A stretch of DNA of 64,000 nt from an uncultured delta proteobacterium (GTDB lineage: Bacteria; Desulfobacterota; Binatia; Binatales; Binataceae). Both the position numbers and the translations under genes were made by a program. The notes beneath the pieces were generated by a model that saw only the letters and a program-made list of their open reading frames with translations, did no database searches and was not told the origin of the DNA. Below, piece by piece: positions 61,523 to 64,000 of this stretch (position 1 is the first letter of the stretch; every line of letters starts with the position of its first letter). The stretch lies in NCBI GenBank assembly GCA_963794325.1, contig CAWCDG010000006.1, positions 32,001 to 96,000 on the forward strand, given 5' to 3'.

Positions 61523-63931
61523 ATGGCAAGAATTGTGACATCTCCAGTCGCCAGCGGCGCACCCGGCATCCCGCCGCGATGGACCCGCAGCGCCAAAGAC
61601 GCGGTCTGCACTGCCTATTCTTCGGTGAGCCGCATATGGTTCACCACCTCGGCCGGTGTCCTCGACGAGATTTATTTTCCGACTATCGATCAGCCGCAGG
61701 TCCGCGATCTCCAGTTCTTGATCACCGACGGCCAGAGCTTCTTTCACGAGGAACGCCGCCACCTCCATTCCGTGACCGAGTATCTCGACGCCACCGGACT
61801 CGCGGTTCGAATCGTCAACCATTCACCCGACGGCCGCTATCATCTTCACAAGGAGGTCATCACCGATCCTCATCAGCCCACCCTGCTCATCAACGCTCGC
61901 CTGGAAGGCGATCCTGAGCTGCTGAAGAAACTCCACCTCTACGTTCTGCTCGCGCCGCATTTGTGCGTCGGCGGATGGGGTAACAGCGGCTACCTGACCA
62001 GAATCGTCGGCCACGAATTTCTGACCGCGAACAAGAACGGCGTGTGGCTGGCTCTGGGAGCCATGACGCCATTTCTAAGGACCTCATGCGGATACGTCGG
62101 CAATACTGACGGATGGCAGGACCTCAGCGCCAATTTCAAGATGGACTATCAGTTCCCCGCCGCGATCGACGGCAATATCGCACTCACTGCCGAGATCGAT
62201 TTGCGCAAGGGCTACTCGTTCACGCTTGGCCTGGGATTCGGCCGCGAGCTCAATCGCGCCGTGACGACATTGTATCAGTCGCTCGCCGAGCCGTTCCCGA
62301 TGCATCGCACCCGCTTCCTCGAGCAATGGAATCGCGCGTGCAGCCATATCGTTCCGCTCGATAAATTCTCCGGCGACGGTGGCGCTCTCTATCGCCGCGG
62401 AACGCAGCTGCTTCTCGCCCACGAGGACAAAACCTATCCGGGCGCGCTGATCGCGTCGCTCAGCATCCCGTGGGGCGAGGCCAAGAGCGACGAAGACCTT
62501 GGCGGTTACCATCTGGTCTGGACCCGCGACATGGTCAACAGTGTTGTTGGCTTGGCCGCCACCGGCGACTATGCCACTGCGCTGCGCGCTCTCATTTACC
62601 TCGCGTGTGCGCAGCGCGCCGACGGCGGTTTTCCGCAGAATTTCTGGATCGACGGCCAGCCATACTGGAACGGCATTCAGCTCGACGAAGTCTCGTTTCC
62701 GATAGTGCTGGCGTGGCGGCTGCACAAGTACTCGGGGCTTAAGGATTTCGATCCTTATCCAATGGTGTTGCAGGCGGCTCACTTCCTGGTCGACAACGGG
62801 CCGCCTACGCCACAGGAGCGATGGGAGGAGAACGCCGGCTACTCGCCTTCGACGCTCGCCGCCAATATCAGCGGGTTGATTTGTGCGGCCTGCTTCGCGC
62901 GCGATCGCGGCGACCTGGTAACCGCGCAATTTCTCGAGGAGTACGCCGACTTCCTCGAGGCGAACATCGAAACCTGGACGGTCACCAACCACGGCTTTCT
63001 GGCCCCGGGCATCAAGCGCCATTACGTTCGCATCAATCCGATCGACGTCGCCGATCCCGACGCCGACGAGAGCCTCGAGGGCAAGCTCGTGCCGATTCGC
63101 AATCGTCCGCCCGGCGCGCAAACCGATTTCCCGGTCGCGGAAATTGTCGATGGCGGATTCCTCGAGCTGGTGCGTTATGGGATTCGCAAAGCCGGGGACC
63201 CGCTGATGGAGGATTCGCTGCGCGTCATCGACGCCGCGCTCAAAACCGACTTTCCTGCCGGCCCATGCTGGCGGCGCTATACGCACGACGGCTACGGGCA
63301 GCGCGACGACGGCGGGCCATTCCTCACCTGGGGACGCGGGCGCCCGTGGCCGCTGCTGACCGGCGAGCGCGGGCATTACGAGCTTGCCGCGGGCCGCGAT
63401 CCGACACCTTATCTGCAGGCGATGGAACGATTTGCGAATTCCACGCAGCTGCTGCCTGAACAAATCTGGGACCAACCCGACCTGCCGCGGCGATTGCTGA
63501 AATACGGCGGCCAGACCGGCAGCGCGACGCCACTCATGTGGGCGCATGCCGAGTATATCAAGCTGCTGCGATCGGCTTCGGACGGCCGCGTGTTCGACAC
63601 GATCGACGAAGTGAGAGACCGCTACATGAAGCCCGGACGAAAGCCGAGCCGCCTGATGGTCTGGAAATCCAATCGCCGCGTGCGATCGATTTCACCCGGC
63701 GATCGCTTGCGCGTTCAAGCGACCGCGCCGTTCGCACTGCATTGGTCCAACGACGAGTGGCAGCACGTCAATGACACCGGATCGACTTCAACGCCGATCG
63801 GCTTCGAGTACGTCGACATCGAGGCCGCTGTGAGCGCCAAGGCACCGATCCGCTTCACGTTCAAATGGCGCGACACGGGCAACTGGGAAGGCCGCGACTA
63901 CGCCGTCGCGATCGCGGAACCTAACCCCTAA
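61523..63931 (+). CDS. glucoamylase/glucodextranase (GH15)
   Basis: GAPGIPPRW, IASLSIPWG, YHLVWTRD, QERWEE, LPEQIWD, SATPLMWAHAEY. Confidence 0.92.
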   Translation: MARIVTSPVASGAPGIPPRWTRSAKDAVCTAYSSVSRIWFTTSAGVLDEIYFPTIDQPQVRDLQFLITDGQSFFHEERRHLHSVTEYLDATGLAVRIVNHSPDGRYHLHKEVITDPHQPTLLINARLEGDPELLKKLHLYVLLAPHLCVGGWGNSGYLTRIVGHEFLTANKNGVWLALGAMTPFLRTSCGYVGNTDGWQDLSANFKMDYQFPAAIDGNIALTAEIDLRKGYSFTLGLGFGRELNRAVTTLYQSLAEPFPMHRTRFLEQWNRACSHIVPLDKFSGDGGALYRRGTQLLLAHEDKTYPGALIASLSIPWGEAKSDEDLGGYHLVWTRDMVNSVVGLAATGDYATALRALIYLACAQRADGGFPQNFWIDGQPYWNGIQLDEVSFPIVLAWRLHKYSGLKDFDPYPMVLQAAHFLVDNGPPTPQERWEENAGYSPSTLAANISGLICAACFARDRGDLVTAQFLEEYADFLEANIETWTVTNHGFLAPGIKRHYVRINPIDVADPDADESLEGKLVPIRNRPPGAQTDFPVAEIVDGGFLELVRYGIRKAGDPLMEDSLRVIDAALKTDFPAGPCWRRYTHDGYGQRDDGGPFLTWGRGRPWPLLTGERGHYELAAGRDPTPYLQAMERFANSTQLLPEQIWDQPDLPRRLLKYGGQTGSATPLMWAHAEYIKLLRSASDGRVFDTIDEVRDRYMKPGRKPSRLMVWKSNRRVRSISPGDRLRVQATAPFALHWSNDEWQHVNDTGSTSTPIGFEYVDIEAAVSAKAPIRFTFKWRDTGNWEGRDYAVAIAEPNP

Positions 63932-63983
63932 CAAGAAAGTTAAGCGCCTGCGCGGCGGGCGGCAGGGGTGACCCCTGCACCCA
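63919..63983. repeat. partial family-1 repeat (63919-63931) plus family-3 repeat (63945-63983)
   Basis: ACCTAACCCCTAA overlaps the GH15 stop codon; 39-bp family-3 copy follows. Confidence 0.8.
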
Positions 63984-64000
63984 GTATTAAGAAAAAGATG

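Overview
GC-rich bacterial chromosomal window. Gene content and style suggest a Candidatus Binatota/Binataceae-like lineage (inference, not verified). Core genes: hbd, yajC-secD-tgt-queA, groES-groL with a CIRCE operator, aroF, ptsP, cyaY, tatB-tatC, a CopA-type ATPase and an FTR1 permease with a Fur box. Main points of interest: (1) A cytochrome b6-type/subunit IV/octaheme-c respiratory operon with no adjacent Rieske gene and two small membrane ORFs missed by the ORF track. A piece that looks like the subunit IV N-terminus is a separate gene about 9 kb away, next to a 4x[4Fe-4S] ferredoxin. (2) Several interspersed palindromic REP-like repeat families. One inverted pair encloses a collapsed DUF559-like endonuclease remnant, and one partial copy supplies a host gene's stop codon. 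(3) A tiny toxin-antitoxin islet flanked by a synonymously recoded duplicate of the ptsP 3' end, with the toxin apparently deleted internally. (4) A tandem locus of FHA-TM-CAP proteins with degenerate FHA domains. Three genes carry single +1 frameshifts, probably assembly errors. No rRNA, tRNA, CRISPR array or intact transposase/integrase was seen.
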